A stretch of DNA of 64,000 nt from NCBI RefSeq assembly GCF_009914755.1, contig NC_060947.1. One strand, given 5' to 3'. A program made the translations under genes and the position numbers. Within the stretch, counting starts at the first letter, position 1; every line of letters begins with the position of its first letter. This document shows positions 22,613-37,821 of this stretch, piece after piece. The notes under the pieces were generated by a model that saw only the letters and a program-made list of their open reading frames with translations, ran no database searches and had not been told where the DNA came from. The stretch comes from the human T2T-CHM13v2.0 reference genome, Homo sapiens.

Positions 22613-25600
22613 TTAGCCTTTTTTTTTTTCTTTTTTTAAAAGAGATGGGGTCTTAAGCTATGTTGCCCAGGCTGGACTTGAGCTCCCGGGCTCAAGTGAT
22701 CTTCCCACCTCGGCCTCCTGATGCCATTGGCACTACAGTCGTGCCTCACCATGCCCAGCTCGCTGCAGACTCTTGTTAGGCAAAGTGTGGTTTTTAGGTC
22801 AGCATATCCGCATCACCTGGGAGCTCGTTAGAACTGCAGAATCTCAGCCCCTGCCCCATACCTGCTGAATCAGAACCCATATTTTAACAACGTGATTCAG
22901 TCACATGGTAAAAAGTTTGCTGAGTGCTGCTTTAGAGAATGATTTGCTGGTCTCCCAGCATCCTCTGTTATTTGAGGCTTTGCAGAGGTTCTGAGACATT
23001 CACAGTTTTGTGGAAGGCTTTGCTCAGAATACATCACCCAGGCGAAGTGGCCCTAACTGTCCATCCCCAGTCATGTGGAATGCCCTCGGTGGCCCTCTGT
23101 AATCATTGGTCTTGCAGCATCCTCAAGCCTACTTGACCCGGGAGGTCCCTGAGAGTGGGGACTGGCTCTGTTTCATTGCTGGTATCGCGGGCATATTGCC
23201 TGGCATGTAATAGATCCTCAAATATTAAAGTCCTTTAAACACAGCTTACACGTAGCCTTGAGATGGGATGAACGACTGCACATTGTTACACTGTTCTGAG
23301 CACCGTTAGGTCCTTTGTCCCCTTCCTTTTTATGAGGACCATCTAAGACAAGGTAACTTGGGCTGAGAGTGATCTGTCTGGATCATGCAGGTCGTACATG
23401 GAGTCAGGATCCCTGAAGTCTCCATCTGGGTGACATCACAGCTGCAGATTTCTTTTTTTTTTTTTTTTTAAATGAAACAGCATCTTGCTGTGTCACCCAG
23501 GCTGGAGTGCAGTGGCGTGATCACAGTTCCCTGCAGCCTTGACCTCCTGGGCTCAAGCAATCCTCCTGCCTTAGCCCCCTGAGTAGCTGGGACCACAGGC
23601 ACACACCACCCCAACTTCTGACTTGGTTTTTTGTTTTTTTTTTTTTGTGGAGATGGGGGTCTTACTATGTTGCCCAGGTTGGTCTTGAACTCCTGAGCTC
23701 AAGCAGTCCTCCTGCCTCAGCCTCCCAAAGTGCTGGGATTACAGTTGGGAGCCACCACCCCTGGTAGCATCCCAGCTCTTTCTCCCTCTTTACCTCCTTG
23801 CTAAACAAGACACTCAAGCCTATCTTACTGTGTAAGCCACATGAGCCATACAAAGACTTCTTAAAAATAATTTTTTAAAAATTTGTAGGCTGAAAAGATT
23901 TTAGATTTTTTTTTCTAAAACAGAAATGCACACAGCAGCCTTGCTTTGCGGTAACCCTTGGTTCCATGGGTATGGGACTGGCTCAGGTGCCAGAGGCTGG
24001 GTGGAGAGGCAGGCCTCCATGCTGTCTCTTTGGTGCCTGCCCCCAGGACTCCAGAGAAGGGTGCCCGGCGCTTTTCCCACCCGATGGTGCTCCGTGCCTC
24101 CTGTCAGGAAGAAAGCAGAACTGACTGCCACACACTACCAGATTCAGGAGCCTCTCCTGTCTTCCTGGGAAGGTGGTTTTGATGAGGTACTGATGAACTT
24201 GGGCCTGGTTTTTACAAAATGAACATAGCCATCAGTTGTGACATTGCACACAGCCAACTCTTAGGAGGGGCCGCCATCACAGACCACCTCCGGACACAGA
24301 AGTCAGGATTTTAGGGTTTTCTCCTGTGCATGCAGTATACTCCATGGGCATACAAGGGAAAAGCAGTGCTGGTGAGAATCTGCCAGCACTGTTGGGCAGC
24401 ACGGGTTCTCGACAGGTATTGTTTTATGTGCGTGTGGTGGATATAAGGACCACCAACCAGTCTCGATAACAAATCTAGCCGTTTAAACATCCACAGACAT
24501 TTTAACGGTCCTAATCTGTGGTCACTCACAGTGTCTGGCCTTGGGAAGATGGACTGGGTGGGTTAAGGAAGGCCCACTGGGTTAACTAGATCGTGCCCGG
24601 GTTGGGAGGATGGCACGTTAAATTCTGTGGTGTCTGATGTCTCTTTCTGTTAGCTCCCCGTCTTCCTTTGACAACTCCCCAGTGGATGAGGTCTTTGGAG
24701 AGGTGGAGGCTGAAGGAGCATGGCTCATGGTGCAGCAGGAGGTGGTGTGTGACTTAACACTCCTTCCCAGGACTCTGAGTCTCAAGCAGGGCAAGGCTGG
24801 GTGCAGTCAGCTCTGTGGCCTGCTGTGGCTGATGGGCCGGGGCCCAGAGACAACAGCTTGGATGCAACGGTCTACAAGCCCAGCCTCCCCAGGCTCCTTG
24901 TCTCTGGCTCATTTCTGACCCTTTACCTAAGACTTTCAACAATCCTTACATTCCTGGTAGCATCTTAGTGAATCACCCTTTCGCTTAGATATAGGAATTC
25001 ATTTCCGTTGCTTGCAACCAAGAAAACCATAGCCTGAAACAGCCTAGTAGGAAGCCTGCAGACCTGAGATCAGTGGGACCTTACCACTTTGTTATTTGTG
25101 GCCCTCTGGAAACGTGCCATCTGACCCACTGCAAGGAAGAGTCTCTGCTTCAGAAGGTCAGAGGAGCGGCATCCTGAGACTGGCTGTGGTGAGCTGGTGG
25201 GTGCAGCTGTCTCCTGCACACTGACCTGGGTGGCTGTCCCCAGACCTCTGAAAATTGGGAGGAACCAGGGTTTCCTTTTACTTTACCCTCACCAGCACTG
25301 CCCAGTCTGGAGCCCTGGAGGGTGGAACGTTGTAGGAATGACTCCTGGGCTCTGTAGAACCCCTACTGTATGCCAGCAGCTTTGCATTATGCCGTGAGTT
25401 CCTGGGCTCTGGGAACTGCTGTTGTCCCGTGTCACCAAGTCACATGGCATTGGAGTGGTGCAGTCAGAATCCACATAGCAGCCAGGCACAGTGGCTCATA
25501 TCTGTAATCCCAGCACTTTGGGAGGCTGAGGTGGGTGGATCATTTGAGGTCAGGAGTTCGAGACGAGCTTGCTTGGCCAACATGGTGAGACCCTCATGTC

Positions 25601-25983
25601 TACTAAAAAAAAAAAAAATACAAAAGTTAGCCAGGAGTGGTGGTGTGTGCCTGTAATCTCACTCCGGAGGCTGAGGTAGAAGAATTGCTTGAACCTGGGA
25701 GACGGAGGTTGCAGTGAGCCGAGATCGCACCACTGCTCTCCAGCCTGGGCGACAGAGCGAGACTGTCTCAAAAAATAAAAAATAAAAAAATAAAAGAATC
25801 CAAGTAGCATCTGCCAAATCTCCACTGTGCTCCAGGCACTGTTCAACTTTATGTGAACTTCACAGTGGTTCTGTGGGGTAGGTTTATACAGTTGTTATTG
25901 GTGCTATGATCTGAATATTTCTGTCCCCCCAAAATTCCGGTGTTGAAATCCTAACCCACAAGGTGATGGTATTAGGAGGTGGG

Positions 25984-26455
25984 GGCCGGGTGTGGTGGCT
26001 CACGCCTGTAATCCCACTTTGTGGGGCTGAGGTGGGCAGATCACTTGAGGTCAGGAGTTTGAGACCAGCCTGGCCAACATGGTGAAACCCTGTCTCTACT
26101 AAAGATTAAAAAATTAGCCGGGCATGGTTGGCAAGTGCCTGTAATCCCAGCTGCTCGGGAGGCTGAGGCAGAATGTAGGGCTGATACTGGAGTTGGGTCT
26201 TCTATAGCGGAGGGAAGTCAGGGATGGAGGCCAAGATGGGCTGATTTTCCTGCTGCTGCTAAAAGGAAACCAATTAATGGGAGAAGACTTGAGTTGGGAC
26301 TTAAGGAGAGTATCTGTTGTGGTTCTCACGAGTTGGAGTGGCATCGCTTGAACCTGGGAGGCGGAGGTTGCAGTGAGCTGAGATCACGCCGTTGCACTCC
26401 AGCCTGGGTGACAGAGTGAAACTGTGTCTCAAAAAAAAAAAAAAAACAAAAACAA
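25984..26455 (+). mobile_element. AluS interrupted by the NUMT
   Basis: Alu breaks after GGCTGAGGCAG (~26171) and resumes at ATCGCTTGAACC (26343). Confidence 0.9.
26175..26340 (-). pseudogene. NUMT: mitochondrial ND5 fragment inserted within an Alu
   Basis: In the mitochondrial code the minus strand reads [55 protein letters not shown], matching the ND5 motif [28 protein letters not shown]. Confidence 0.92.
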
Positions 26456-27016
26456 GAGGTGGGGTCTTTGGGAGGTGATTAGGAATGGGGTCAGTGCCCT
26501 TATAAAAGAGACTCAGGTAGTTCTTCCTCCCTTCCATCCTGTGAGGACACAGTGAGAAGGCGCCTCCTACAAACCAGGAAGTAGGTCCACAGCAGACACT
26601 GAATCCGCCATGTCTTGACCTTGGACTCCCAGCCTCCAGAGCTATGAGCAATACATTTCTGCTGTTTTTGAGCCTCCTAGCCTGTGGTGTTTTGTTACAG
26701 CATCTTGAACTAAGACAGTTAGTGAGGAGCGTTAGGCTTAGAGAGGTTGAGAAACCTGCCCGTGGTTATGGCAGGGCCAGTCTCTTCACTCGCACAGCAG
26801 GCACATCGCTGGGGCCCATGAACATGTTCTAGTTTTCACAAGAAGAAAATGAACTTTTAGGTCCCCAAAAATGTTTCGAGATAACATTTCAATATTTAAT
26901 GATTTACTATATAATATTAATATATATAAAATAATCAAATACATCAAGTTAAACAGATTAATTGAAATACATTAATGATCTAGATTGTGTGTATATATAT
27001 ATGTATGTATATATAT

Positions 27017-27668
<652 letters not shown>

Positions 27669-28802
27669 TGAAGGTCCCTGCCTCGAGTATGTCTGAGCCT
27701 GGATGATCCCCCAGCAGGGTCACAGCCAGCCCCGTCGCCATGCCTAGCGCATAACAGATGCTCAGTAGATGTTTGGTAGGTGCAGGAAAGCCAGCCTGTG
27801 AAAGGGCGCTCATCCTTCCTGCATTCAAGCATCAAGCCTGGTCATTCTGCTGCTTTGTTTCAGGCGTGCGAGTTTGGGGGCAAATGTCAGAGTGTCCCCA
27901 GGAGCAAGCAGGTTGCACAGGGGGCTGTTTCCATGAGCCTGGGCTGAGGGGACCTGTTGGGAGGCCGGCAGCCCTGGGAGACAGGAACAGGCTTCAGGTG
28001 TTTCTAAGGATCAAGGCCTTGGCGTATTGCAAAGACATTACAAAATCAGGCTTCCAGAGGCCTCATAGCAACAGGCGTGTCACATAGCCTGTGCTGTGCC
28101 ACGGAAATAAAACCCGAGTTCAGGACTGCATGCTGCCTGCTGGTCTAGGCCGTAAAAAAAGCTGTCCATGCCCCAACAAAAAAGTAAAGCAGAGAAATTA
28201 GACTCCTGAGATTAATTTGCTTTTCTTTCCTGTTTTCCACATTGCTTGTAGCAAGGTGATGCTTTTCTGTGAAAAGGCATTTCTCACTGTCTAAAGGGAG
28301 CCCTTCTGTGATCCTCCCTGAGAGCAGCCCTTCTGAGTGTCCTTTCCTGCCCGCCCTAGGCTGCCAGGCTCCTGCTGCTAACTTGACTGCTTCTGAAGTC
28401 TCTTTTTAAGGTTCAATGTCAAGGGGAGGTCAGAGAGGGGCGTGGTTCAGCAGGAAAAGAGGAAGAGAGCCTGACTTGTGACCATCCTGGGTGCCAGGCA
28501 CACCTGAGCACATGCAGCCCCGAGCTTTTGGCCTGGACAAGCCCAGGCCTGGCACCGCAGGGAGAACTGGTCTGTGGATTGTCTCCACAGCCTGATTTCC
28601 TCCCAGACTTTGCCCCGCTTGGAGCATTCCGATCTCCGGTGTTTGAGGGTTTCATCCAGTAAATACGGTAGTACTTCACCCTCTCAGATTAAAGGTGTGC
28701 TGTGCAGCCTGGGAGTTCCTTTACTTGGGGGTGGTCGGGGAGGCTGAAGGAAGCCTTCCTGCACTTCTTTTTTCTTGAGTTTTTTAATTATTAAAAATGG
28801 AG

Positions 28803-29620
<818 letters not shown>

Positions 29621-30029
29621 TATTAGTCAGGGTTCTCTAGAGAGACAGAACTAATAGGAAATATATATGAAGAGGAGTTTATTAAGTATTAACTCACATG
29701 ATCACAATGTCCCACAGTAGGCCATCTGCAAGCTGAGGAGCAAGGAGAGCCAGTCCGAGTCCCAAAACTGAAGAACCTGGAGTCTGATGTTTGAGGCCAG
29801 GAAGCATCCAGCACGGGAGAAAGATGTAGGCTAGACCAGTCTCTCCTTTTCACGCCTTTTTGTCTGCTTTAGATTAGATGGTGCCCACCAGATTGAGGGC
29901 AGATCTGCCTTCCCCAGCCCACTGACTCAAATGTTAATCTCTTTTGGCAACACCCTCACAGACACACCCAGGATCAATACTTGGTATTCTTCAATCCAAT
30001 CAAGTTGACACTCAGTATTAACCATCACA
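29621..30029 (-). mobile_element. HERV-L 3' LTR (MLT2A1/A2)
   Basis: Same start as the 5' LTR, preceded by the PPT, and collinear with 35911-36511. Confidence 0.9.
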
Positions 30030-30176
30030 AGTCCACCCCTTGTCAATGTGAGATCGTACATAATCTTCAAGTAAAGACAATGGTAAGGTCATAATTACGC
30101 CTAACATGCAACTATCCTTTGTATAACCAGAAATGCATCATTCCCCAACCCAAATACTATTACATAAAGCTGATAA

Positions 30177-30531
<355 letters not shown>

Positions 30532-30887
30532 TAAGGGAAAAGAAAAGAAAATAAAGATATTTTCCTAGCACTAGTACAAGTGTATACATGCGCAAACATG
30601 GTTTTAGCAAAAGGAGGAGGAAATACTCATGACAATTGCAGTCCCCATGTCTGCAGCTGGTCACATGGTTGTAGCTGGTACTGATGACTACCCTCTTCTA
30701 CTACCCATTCTGTATTCCCTTTGCCTTCAGCAAGCACCTTAGCTGGTTGTGTGTTTTTTTTTGCCTGGTGGAGTGACCCAAACCTTCATTCCTGAAGGGT
30801 CTGGGTCATTTGTAGTCCGGCCTGGATTGGGCTGTTGTAGTGTCCCCTTGACCTTAATCACAGGGCATGGTAATACTAAGAGACGCC

Positions 30888-33800
30888 CTAATGGGTCTCC
30901 TGTATTGCATGCATACTCTTCCCTAGTTCCATTGCGGAGTAGTAGACTGATTTTATCTGATAGTCTGGGTCAGTCACCCCAGCCAACACTGTAACTCCCT
31001 TCTTAGCCTGTTGACTTAAAGGTAGGAGGAGCCCAAAGCACCCAGGTGGCAATCTGAACTTCCAGTTTAATGGAATCATTGTTGTGTCTCCTGGTGGCAG
31101 CGTTCCTCCCTCTGGAACTAAGACCCCCTAGGCCAGCAGAACGTAATGTTGCAGGAACAGGAAGCAAAAATTTTGCTAGTGGATCACTAGGGGTGATGGT
31201 GAGTTTTGCCACTTCTACTTGCACCCCTTGATTTCTGGACTCGTGAATCCTGGCTATGGGAGAAACAGTACCATATATTGGGCGCTGATTCAGAGCATAC
31301 ATGGCCTTCTGAAGAACTTTGCCCCAGCCCTGCAAAGTATTGTCACCTAATTGGCGTTATAATTGTGACTTCAAAAGGCCATTCCACCGTTCTATTAATC
31401 CAGCTGCTTCAGGATGAAGGGGAACATGGTAAGACCAGTGAATTCCATGAGCATGAACCCACTGCCACACTTCTTTAGCTATGAAATGAGTGCCTTAGAG
31501 GCGATGCTGTGTGGAATACCATGATGGTGGATAAGGCATTCCGTGAGTCCACAGATGGTAGTCTTGGCAGAAGCATCGCGTGCAGGATAGGCAAACCCAT
31601 ATCTGGAGTAAGTGTCTATTCCAGTGAGGACAACCCTCTGCCCTTGCCATGATGGAAGAGGTCCAGTATAATCAACCTGCCACCAGGTAGCTGGCTGATC
31701 ACCCTGAGGAATGGTGCCATATCAAGGGCTCAGTGTTGGTCTCTGCTGCTGGCAAATTGGGTACCCAGCAGTGGCCATAGCCAGGTCAGCCTTGGTGAGT
31801 GGAAGTCCATGTTGCTGAGTCCATGTGTAACCTCCGTCCCTGCCACCATGGCCACTTTGTTCATGGGCCCATTGGGCGATGACGGGTGGCTGGGAAAAGA
31901 GGCTGAGTGGTGTCCACAGAAAGGGTCATCCTATCCAGTTGATTATTAAAATCCTACTCTACTGAGGTCACCTGTTGGTGAGCACTCACATGGGATACAA
32001 ATATCTTCACAGTTTTTGACCACTCAGAGAGGTCCATCCACATACCTCATCCCCGAATTTCTTTGTCACCAATTTTCCAATCATGCTTCTTCCCGTGAAT
32101 TCAGCCCATGAATCAGTATATAATCACACATCTGGCCATTTCTCTGTCCATGCAAAGTGCACAACCAGGTGCACTGCTCCAAGTTCTGCCCACTGGAAAG
32201 ATTTCCCTTCACCGCTGTCCTTCGGGGTGTCGTAGAAAGGGGCTGTAGTGGTGCCACTCTCTATTTTGGGGTGGTGTCTGCATATCATGCAGAACTGTCT
32301 GTGAACCAGACCCTAGTCTTCTCTTCCTCTGTCAGCTGATCATAGGGAACTCCCCATGAGACTATTGGTGCAGGCTGGGGGAGAGAAGACAGGGTGGCAG
32401 AGTGGAGACCATGGGCATTTGAGCCATTTCCTCATGTAACTTACTTGTGCCTTCAGGACCTGCTTGAGCCCGATCACGTATATACCACTTCCATTTGATG
32501 ATGGAATGCTGCTGTGCACACCCAGCTTTATGGCTAGATGGGCCAGAAAGCATCCAGTTCATGATAGGTAGTTCAGGTCGCATGGTGACTTGATGACCCA
32601 TAGTCAAATGTTCAGTTTCTGCCAAAGCCCAGTAACAGGCCAAGAGCTTTATCTCAAAAGGAGAGTAGTTGTCTGCAGAAGATGGCAGGGCCTTGCTCCA
32701 AAATCCTAGAGGCCTCCACTGTGATTCACTTATGGGGGCCTGCCAAAGGCTCCAAACAGCATCCTTATCTGCCACTCTCACCTCAGGCACCATTGGATCA
32801 TACGGCCCAAGTGGCAGAGCAGCTTGCACAGCAGCCTGGACCTGTTGCAGAGCCTTCTCCAGTTCTGGACCCCATTCAAAACTGGCAGCCTTTCGGGTCA
32901 CTTGATAAATGGGTTGGAGTAACACACCCAAATGAGGTGTTGCCTCCAAAATCCAAATAGGCCCACTAAGCGTTGTTGTGCCTCTTTCTTGCTTGTAGGA
33001 GAGGCCAAATGCAGCAACTTATTCTTCACCTTGGAATATCTCGACAGGCCCCATACCATTGGACCCCTAGAAATTTTACTGAGGTAGAAGGTCCGTGAAT
33101 TTTAGTCAGATTTATTTCCCATCCTCTGGCACGCAAATGTCTCACCAATAAGTCCAGTGTGTTTGCTACTTCTTGTTCACTGGATCCAATTGGTATAATA
33201 TCATCAATGCAGTGGACCAGTGTGATGTCTTAGGGAAGCGAAAAGCAATCAAGGTCTCTCTGAACAAGATTATGACACAAAGCTGGAGAGGTGATATACC
33301 ACTGAGGTAGGACAGTAAAGGTATATTGCTGCTGAAGACAAATTGCTTCTGGTGGGCCTTGTGGACAGGAATGGAGAAAAAGGCATTTGCCAAGTCAATG
33401 GCTGCATACCAGGTACCAGGAGATGTGTTAGTTTGCTCAAGCAGTGAAACCACATCTGGTACAGCAGCTGCAACTGAAATCACCACTTGGTGAAGCTTAC
33501 GATAATCCAGTGTCATTCTCCAAGATCCATCTGTCTTCTGCACAGGCTAAATGGGAGAGTTGAACGGGGATGTGGTGGGAATCACCACCCGTGTGTCTTT
33601 CAAGTCCTTGATGGTGACATTAATTTCTGCAATCCTTCTGGGGATGTGACATTGTTTTTGATTTACTCTTTTTCTAGGTAGAGGCAGCTCTAATGGCTTC
33701 CACTGGGCCTTTCCCACCATAGTAGCCCTCGCCCTACCAGTCAGGGAGCCAATGTGGGGGTTCTGCCAGCTGCTGAGTATGTCTATGCCAATTATGCATT

Positions 33801-34011
33801 CTGGCACTGGGGAAATGACCACAGGATGAGTCTGGGGACCCACTGTAAGTCGGACCTGAGCTAAAACTCCATTAATTACCATACCTCCATAAGCCCCTAC
33901 TTCAACTGGAGGACCACAGTGACGTTTTGGCTCCCTTGGAATCAACGTCAGCTCAGAGCCAGTGTCCAGTAGTCCCCAAAATGTCTGATCATTTCCCTTT
34001 CCCCAATGCAC
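30888..34011 (-). pseudogene. HERV-L pro-pol-dUTPase, disrupted
   Basis: Protease LLDTGSE (33547-34011); [30 protein letters not shown] with YIDD changed to CIDD (33200-33211); connection/RNase H WRPLGFWSKALP; integrase end ALNQRPIYG; dUTPase GVTVLAGVTDPDYQ (30888-31079). Confidence 0.9.
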
Positions 34012-34125
34012 AGTTACCCTGGCTAAAGTCCAGAGGTCTCATTGGGGAAGGATGGGAGAAAGAGTCACCACATAAATTGTTCGTAATGTAGTGGGGTCCT
34101 TCCTCAAGGGGACCTGGCCTCCTCT

Positions 34126-35820
34126 TCATTCAAGGGATTCTGGGTCTGTAAACTGGCTCAAGTCTGGAAATTGATTGAGGGGCTGTGATTCTCTGTTTTT
34201 ATAATTCAAATTAGTCTTTTGTCCATTCGACCCAGAAGTTTTCTGCTTATATAAATTCAGTAGGAAGGCAGTAGGCTTCCTATCGATTTCCCTTCTAGGA
34301 ACACCATGATTAATTAGCCAGTGCCAGAGCTGTACACGAGTCAGACTATTCTGATTGCCGCTTTGCCTCTGCTGTCCATTATGGTAGCTACGCACACCTT
34401 GCCTTTGACGGTTGAGTGTCATCACTTGGCTCCTGCCACCTCGGGATCCAATTATTCCCATCATATTTAAATTTTGTAGTTGCGTGACTGCAGTTCCCAC
34501 CATTAGATCTGACATACAGGGAAGAACAATTACAGGGCTCTTCAAAGATGCAGGTGCTGCCCTCACGAATCTATTTTGCAAGGCATTGGTTAAGGGTATG
34601 TCTTCTGGACCCTCCCAGCTGGGATGAGTAGGTCTAAAGTGGCTAATCCACTCCACCATCCCAATCTCCCTAAGCCTTTGGATCCCTTCCTCTACATTAA
34701 ACCAAGGGAGATCAGGCATTTCCAGCTCACTCCCAGTGGGCCATCTTTTAATCCATAGTTCAGCTAACCAAGCAAATAAACTCTTAGAACCTTTTTTTAA
34801 CTCCCCAGCTGCAACATTAAAAGCAGAGTCCCTACTTAGTGGGCCCAAATCAATAAATTCAGCCTGATCCAACTCTGTGTTCTTTCCACCATTATCCCAT
34901 ACCCTTAATATCTATTCCCATGCCTGTTCTCCAAGATTTCTGTTTATATCAATTATAGAACTCAAATGGTTCTTTTCGAGTGTAGCGCACCTCCTCATGG
35001 GTCACATTCTCAACCTCACCTCTAGGGGCCTGCTGGGACTTTAGTGATAGGTCTAGAAGCAAACAGGGGTGTCGGGGGTGGCTCCTGAGAAGAATCAACA
35101 TATTTTGCCTGGCAATTGCCTCAGGGGAGGCCATCACTGTTGCCTCAGGCAGCACAGGGTTTATCTCCTCAGACAAAGGTGGAAAGGCTGATGGCAGCCA
35201 TGGGTCAGGGAAGGGATGTTGCCATTACAGGGGATGGGGAAGCTGTTCCTTCTGGCAAAAAAGGTTCATCGGAGTTTACAAACTCAGTGTCCCCAGCTTC
35301 ATCAGGGTTCTCCCTCACCGTCCCCATTCCAAGTTGCAGGGTCCTATTCTTTTCGAATCAATGCCCTCACTTTAACAGTAGACACCTGGCGAGGCTGTGC
35401 ATGCATCTTTCATTGAAGGTCAGCCCCTCGCATGATAAGAGCATGTGTCTGTTTTTCCACAATTTCAGCTCTTTCTCTACAGGAGATAAGACTCTCACTC
35501 AGGGCAATCTTAGCAGATTTGAGGCTCAGTATCTGCTTTTGAAGCCGGGAGACAGAATCCCCAAGTTCATCATTTTCTTTCATCACTTTGCCCACTGAAC
35601 TTAGGAGCAACCAACCAACTTCATTATATTCCTTGGTTTTCCACATATGGTCAAAGGTATTATGTATAGAGTCACTAAACTCCTTGCCTCTCACGAGCAG
35701 TGAATCAGGAGTGTCAAATGCATTTATTTTGCATAACTCTCTAAATGGTTTATGCCAAGGACTATCAGTGTTCTCCATACTATGAGAAGTGGAGTCCTTA
35801 GCATTTTGGAGTCTAATCAT
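34126..35820 (-). pseudogene. HERV-L gag, disrupted
   Basis: ORF fragments 35410-35820, 34949-35176 and 34126-34872 (DQAEFIDLGPLSRDSAFNV..., WIKRWPT..ELEMPDLPW), separated by stops and frameshifts. Confidence 0.85.
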
Positions 35821-35910
35821 ATTAAGCAGGCAACTCCAGAAACCTCAACCCACAAAAGAACTTCATCCTTAATATTCTGTTCCTCTAGAACCACTCTTTG
35901 TACCAAAATC

Positions 35911-35960
35911 TGTATTAGGGTTCTCTAGAGTGACAGAACTAATAGGATAGATATACATAT

Positions 35961-36004
<44 letters not shown>

Positions 36005-36511
36005 ATATCTCCTATATATCTCATATGTATATATCATATATAGAGATCCATTATATATATATATCCTATATCTATCCTATATCTATATCCTATATCTATA
36101 TCTATATCTATATCTATATCTATATCTATAAAGGGGAGTTTATTAAGTATTACATCCCACAATCACAAGGTCCCACAGTAGGCCATCTGCAAGCTGAGGA
36201 GCAAGGAGAGCTGGTCCGAGTCCCAAAACTGAAGAACTTGGAGTCTGATGTTCGAGGGCAGAAGCATCCAGCATGGGAGAAAGATGTAGGCTGGGAGGCT
36301 AGACCAGTCTCTCCTTTTCACGTCTTTCTGTCTGCTTAATATTTGCTGACAGCTGATTAGATTGTGCCCACCAGATTAAGGGTGGATCTGCCTTCCCCAG
36401 CCCACTGACTCAAATGTAATCTCTTTTGGCAACACCCTCACAGACACACCCAGGATCAGTAGTTTGTATCCTTCGATCCAGTCAAGTTGACACTCAGTAT
36501 TAACCATCACA
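35911..36511 (-). mobile_element. HERV-L 5' LTR (MLT2A1/A2) with an expanded internal microsatellite
   Basis: Minus strand begins TGTGATGGTTAATACTGAGTGTCAACTTG and ends ...CTAATACA, followed by the PBS. Confidence 0.9.
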
Positions 36512-37103
36512 GTTACTATGTACGGATTTGCCTATTCTGGACATTTCATGTCAGTGGGATCGTAGAATATGTGGTCATTTGTGTCTGGTTTATCTCAGTA
36601 TAATGTTTGGAGATTCATCCATGTTGTAGTGTGTATCAGTCATTCCTTTTCATGTCTGAATGCTATTGTCCTATGGGAATGGACTGCGTTTTGTTCATAT
36701 CCTTTGATGGACATGTGGGTGGTTCTCCTTTGTGATTCTTGTAAATAATGCTGCTGTGTGGACAAGTTTTCAATTCTCCTGAGTATTTTCCTTGTGTTTC
36801 AAGCTTTTTAACCTCAGTGCCCCAGGCATAGCGCTTGTGATTTCCTGAGCACATGGGTGGAGCATCCCTGATGAATCAAAAGAATAGGATTGGTCATTTT
36901 GGCTTCACGGCTGTTGAAGCAAAATTAAAACTCACAATTTCAAAGGTCATAGGATTTTTGTCCTGACCCCGGTGGGTGTGGGCCCCTGCAGGGCTCCGAC
37001 AGAGGTGGTCAGCATGTCTGCTGAGCCTTCAGGAAGACATGCCTGGTCACCGGCATCCTTGTGGTCCTTGTGGTGGCAGTTTGTGGTTAGCTCAGCCTTA
37101 CCC

Positions 37104-37104
<1 letters not shown>

Positions 37105-37149
<45 letters not shown>
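37105..37149 (+). repeat. (CTG)15 trinucleotide repeat
   Basis: 15 uninterrupted CTG units. Confidence 0.97.
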
Positions 37150-37151
<2 letters not shown>

Positions 37152-37821
37152 ACTTTCTGAGCAGGAGCATGGGAGTCTTTCACCCTCCCTGCGAAGTGGA
37201 CATGGGGTTGATTCTGGGGTTCAGACAGCGAGCGGGGTCCCTGTAGCCCAAGGGTGATAGTGCTCGGGACGGTGTCCCCCCTTAGACATGAGCTGCTCTC
37301 TTGTCATTTCCCACTCCTTCACTTCCCAGCAACAACACAGCTTCAGACCAAAATCAAAACCTTCACCTCTTCATCATTTCTGGTTATATTTCAGAAACCC
37401 GTGCTATAGGGGGATCCCTCAACAAACTTAAATTTTCCAGATTTAGGGGACATTGGCAGTATCTTCATCATAACATTGTAGGGTTTGTAAGGTTTTCTGT
37501 TGAATATTTTTCTTTTTCTTTTTTTTAAGAGACGTTGTCCTGCTCTGTTGCCCAAGCTGGAGTGCAGTGGTGTGACCTTGCCTCACTGCAGCCTTCAATT
37601 CCTGGGCTCAAGTGATCCTCCTACCTCAGCCTCCTGAGTAGGTGGGACTACAGGCACCCGTCACCCATGCCCAGCTAATTTCTGTATTTTTTGTAGAGAC
37701 AGGATTTCACGATGTTGGCCAGGCTGGTCTCAAACCCCTGACCTCAAGTGATCCACCCACCTCGGCCTCCCAAAGTGCTGAGATTATAGGTGTGAGCCAC
37801 CACACCCAACCTCCCTCTAAC

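Larger units (their letters stand above)
25900..26717 (+). mobile_element. MaLR LTR (MLT1A/MST-like) hosting the Alu and NUMT
   Basis: tgctatgatctgaat...gttgaaatcctaacc...gaggtgggg, then the Alu, then gaggtggggtctttgggaggtgattagg...gaactaagaca. Confidence 0.75.

Noticed and set aside
34126-34872. 248-aa HERV-L Gag fragment as a domesticated Fv1-like gene
   Set aside because: Upstream gag is broken by stops and frameshifts, and an ORF this long is unremarkable in a decaying provirus. No selection evidence is visible.
36947-37257. Poly-Ala and poly-Leu ORFs
   Set aside because: Frames of the (CTG)15 repeat with no exon evidence.
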